Source: Heptranchias perlo (lineage: Eukaryota). From it: a stretch of 64,000 nucleotides of DNA. The notes beneath the pieces were generated by a model. That model was not told the DNA's origin. It saw nothing but the letters and a program-made list of their open reading frames with translations, and made no database searches. The first letter of the stretch is position 1, and every line of letters begins with the position of its first letter. Position numbers and translations under genes: made by a program. The stretch lies in NCBI RefSeq assembly GCF_035084215.1, contig NC_090343.1:33604001-33668000 (forward strand). Reading direction: 5' to 3'. Shown here in pieces: positions 62,700 to 64,000 of the stretch.

Positions 62700-63050
62700 G
62701 CAATACTCCCTCAGACTGCATTGAAGTGTTGGCCTAGATTCTGTGCTCATATATCTGGAGTGGGGCTGAACCTTCAGATTCAGAGGCAAGAGAGCTATCA
62801 GTGAACCAAGGCTGACATGTTGGTTGAAGAAAAAGTGTTAGCCAGGACACCAGAATTCCCTGCGGTTCCTCAGATAGTATCCTCGGATCTTTAACATCCA
62901 CTTGAACCAGTGGAATAGGCAAATGGGGTCTCAGTTTACAATTTCATCAGAAGGCAGCACCTCTGAGAATACAGCGTTCCTTCAGTAAGTACCACCTGTT
63001 TTATGTGCTCAAGTTCTGCAGTGGCCTTAAACCCACATCTTACTGACTTA
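62700..63050 (-). mobile_element. Deu-type SINE fragments
   Basis: Similar to 7130-7360 (GCATTGAAGTGTTGGCCTAGATT, GGTCTCAGTTTA). Confidence 0.55.
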
Positions 63051-63051
63051 A

Positions 63052-63496
63052 ACCAAAAGCAAAATACTGTGGATGCTGGAAATCTGAACTAAAAACAGAA
63101 AATACTGGAGAAGCCCAGCAAGTGAGACAGCATCTGTGGAGAAAGAAACAAAGCTGACTGAAAAAATGGGAGCAATGGTTATGATCTGAAGTTATTGAAA
63201 TCAATGTTGAGTCCGGAAGGTTGTAAAGTGCGGTCAGCTAGTGCTGGTAATGGTTCTGCTGCTGCCATTTACTGCTACTCCTGATCAATCTTTGTTTCTC
63301 AGCCTGTCCCATTACCACCTTCCTTGCCTTGCACCATCGTCCCTTTTGTCATTTAATCACTCATGCCCTCTACCCTATCACAGACCTTCCCTTTTGTTCT
63401 TCCCTCCCCCACTTTCCTTAGCTCAATACTTGCTCAAAAACTTTAACTCTCTTAACATCTTCCAGTTCTGACAATAGGTCTTTGGCCTGAAACATT
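63052..63496. mobile_element. Old Penelope-like remnant (second family) with decayed hammerhead at 63464-63496
   Basis: GATGCTGGAAATCTGAA..CAGCATCTGTGGAGA arm recognised as a PLE terminal repeat; AGTT-CTGACAAT-AGGTC(TTT)GGCCT-GAAA-CATT. Confidence 0.55.
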
Positions 63497-64000
63497 GGGC
63501 TCGATATTAGCAGGGCGGTGGGTTCACAGCGGGGGGTCGACTGGGCGCGTGAGTAACGCACCCATTGAAATCGGGGTGCTCCGCACGCAATTGCAGCTTG
63601 ATTGGAGCCACTTACCTGTGCTTCTAAGTTTCCTGCTGGTTTGCTGTGCAGCGGGCAGACTGCGCATGCGCAGCATAGGCTGTCAGCTGGAGGAGCCCTA
63701 TTTAAAGGGGCAGTCCTCCACTGACTGATGTTGCAGAAAATAGGAAAAATTACAGCATGGAGCAGCCCAGGGGGAAGGCTGCTCCCAGGTTTAATGATGC
63801 CTCACTCCAGGTATTATTGGATGGAGTGAGGAGGAGGTGGAGGACAGAGATCTTCCACCCGGCGGGCGGGAGGAAGCAGCCTGCCTCTGCCACCAAGAAG
63901 GCCTGGCTCGAGGTGGCAGAGGGGGTCACCTGCACCATCAACATATCGCCCACCTGCATACAGTGCAGGAGGCGCTTCAATGACCTATGTAGGTCAGCCG
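63497..64000 (+). mobile_element. Harbinger family B, left part (continues beyond window)
   Basis: TIR GGGCTCGATATTA preceded by ATT; highly similar to 50918-51430. Confidence 0.85.
63757..64000 (+). CDS. Harbinger Myb/SANT-like protein exon 1 (open to window end)
   Basis: MEQPRGKAAPRFNDASLQVLLDGV..KKAWLEVAEGV..CIQCRRRFNDL, no stop; upstream CTGCGCATGCGCAG and TATTTAAA. Confidence 0.7.
   Translation, partial: MEQPRGKAAPRFNDASLQVLLDGVRRRWRTEIFHPAGGRKQPASATKKAWLEVAEGVTCTINISPTCIQCRRRFNDLCRSA

Overview
Repeat-dense vertebrate genomic DNA; the repeat content (CR1 and L2 LINEs, Deu-domain SINEs, Penelope-like elements, PIF/Harbinger transposons) points to a cartilaginous fish (shark), by inference. 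The one host gene I can support is the 5' part of a BCAS1 ortholog on the + strand: three phase-compatible coding exons (17155-17226, 28151-28235, 57730-58274) plus a candidate in-frame 60-nt cassette exon (38271-38330). Its introns hold a near full-length CR1 with a 17-unit 5' tandem array and a UUUAAAC slippery site at the ORF1/ORF2 junction, three Harbinger copies (one nested in another), many MITEs, and a Neptune-type Penelope-like element. The most striking signals are (i) three Penelope fold-back insertions with 12-14 bp TSDs and minimal hammerhead ribozymes on both strands, two of them tiny non-coding hairpins, and (ii) two locally templated inverted duplications, one flanked by a 12-bp TSD. 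A possible divergent, spliced minus-strand transcript or pseudogene lies at 0.8-4.6 kb. Boundaries of old repeats are approximate and family names come from recognition by eye, not from database searches.
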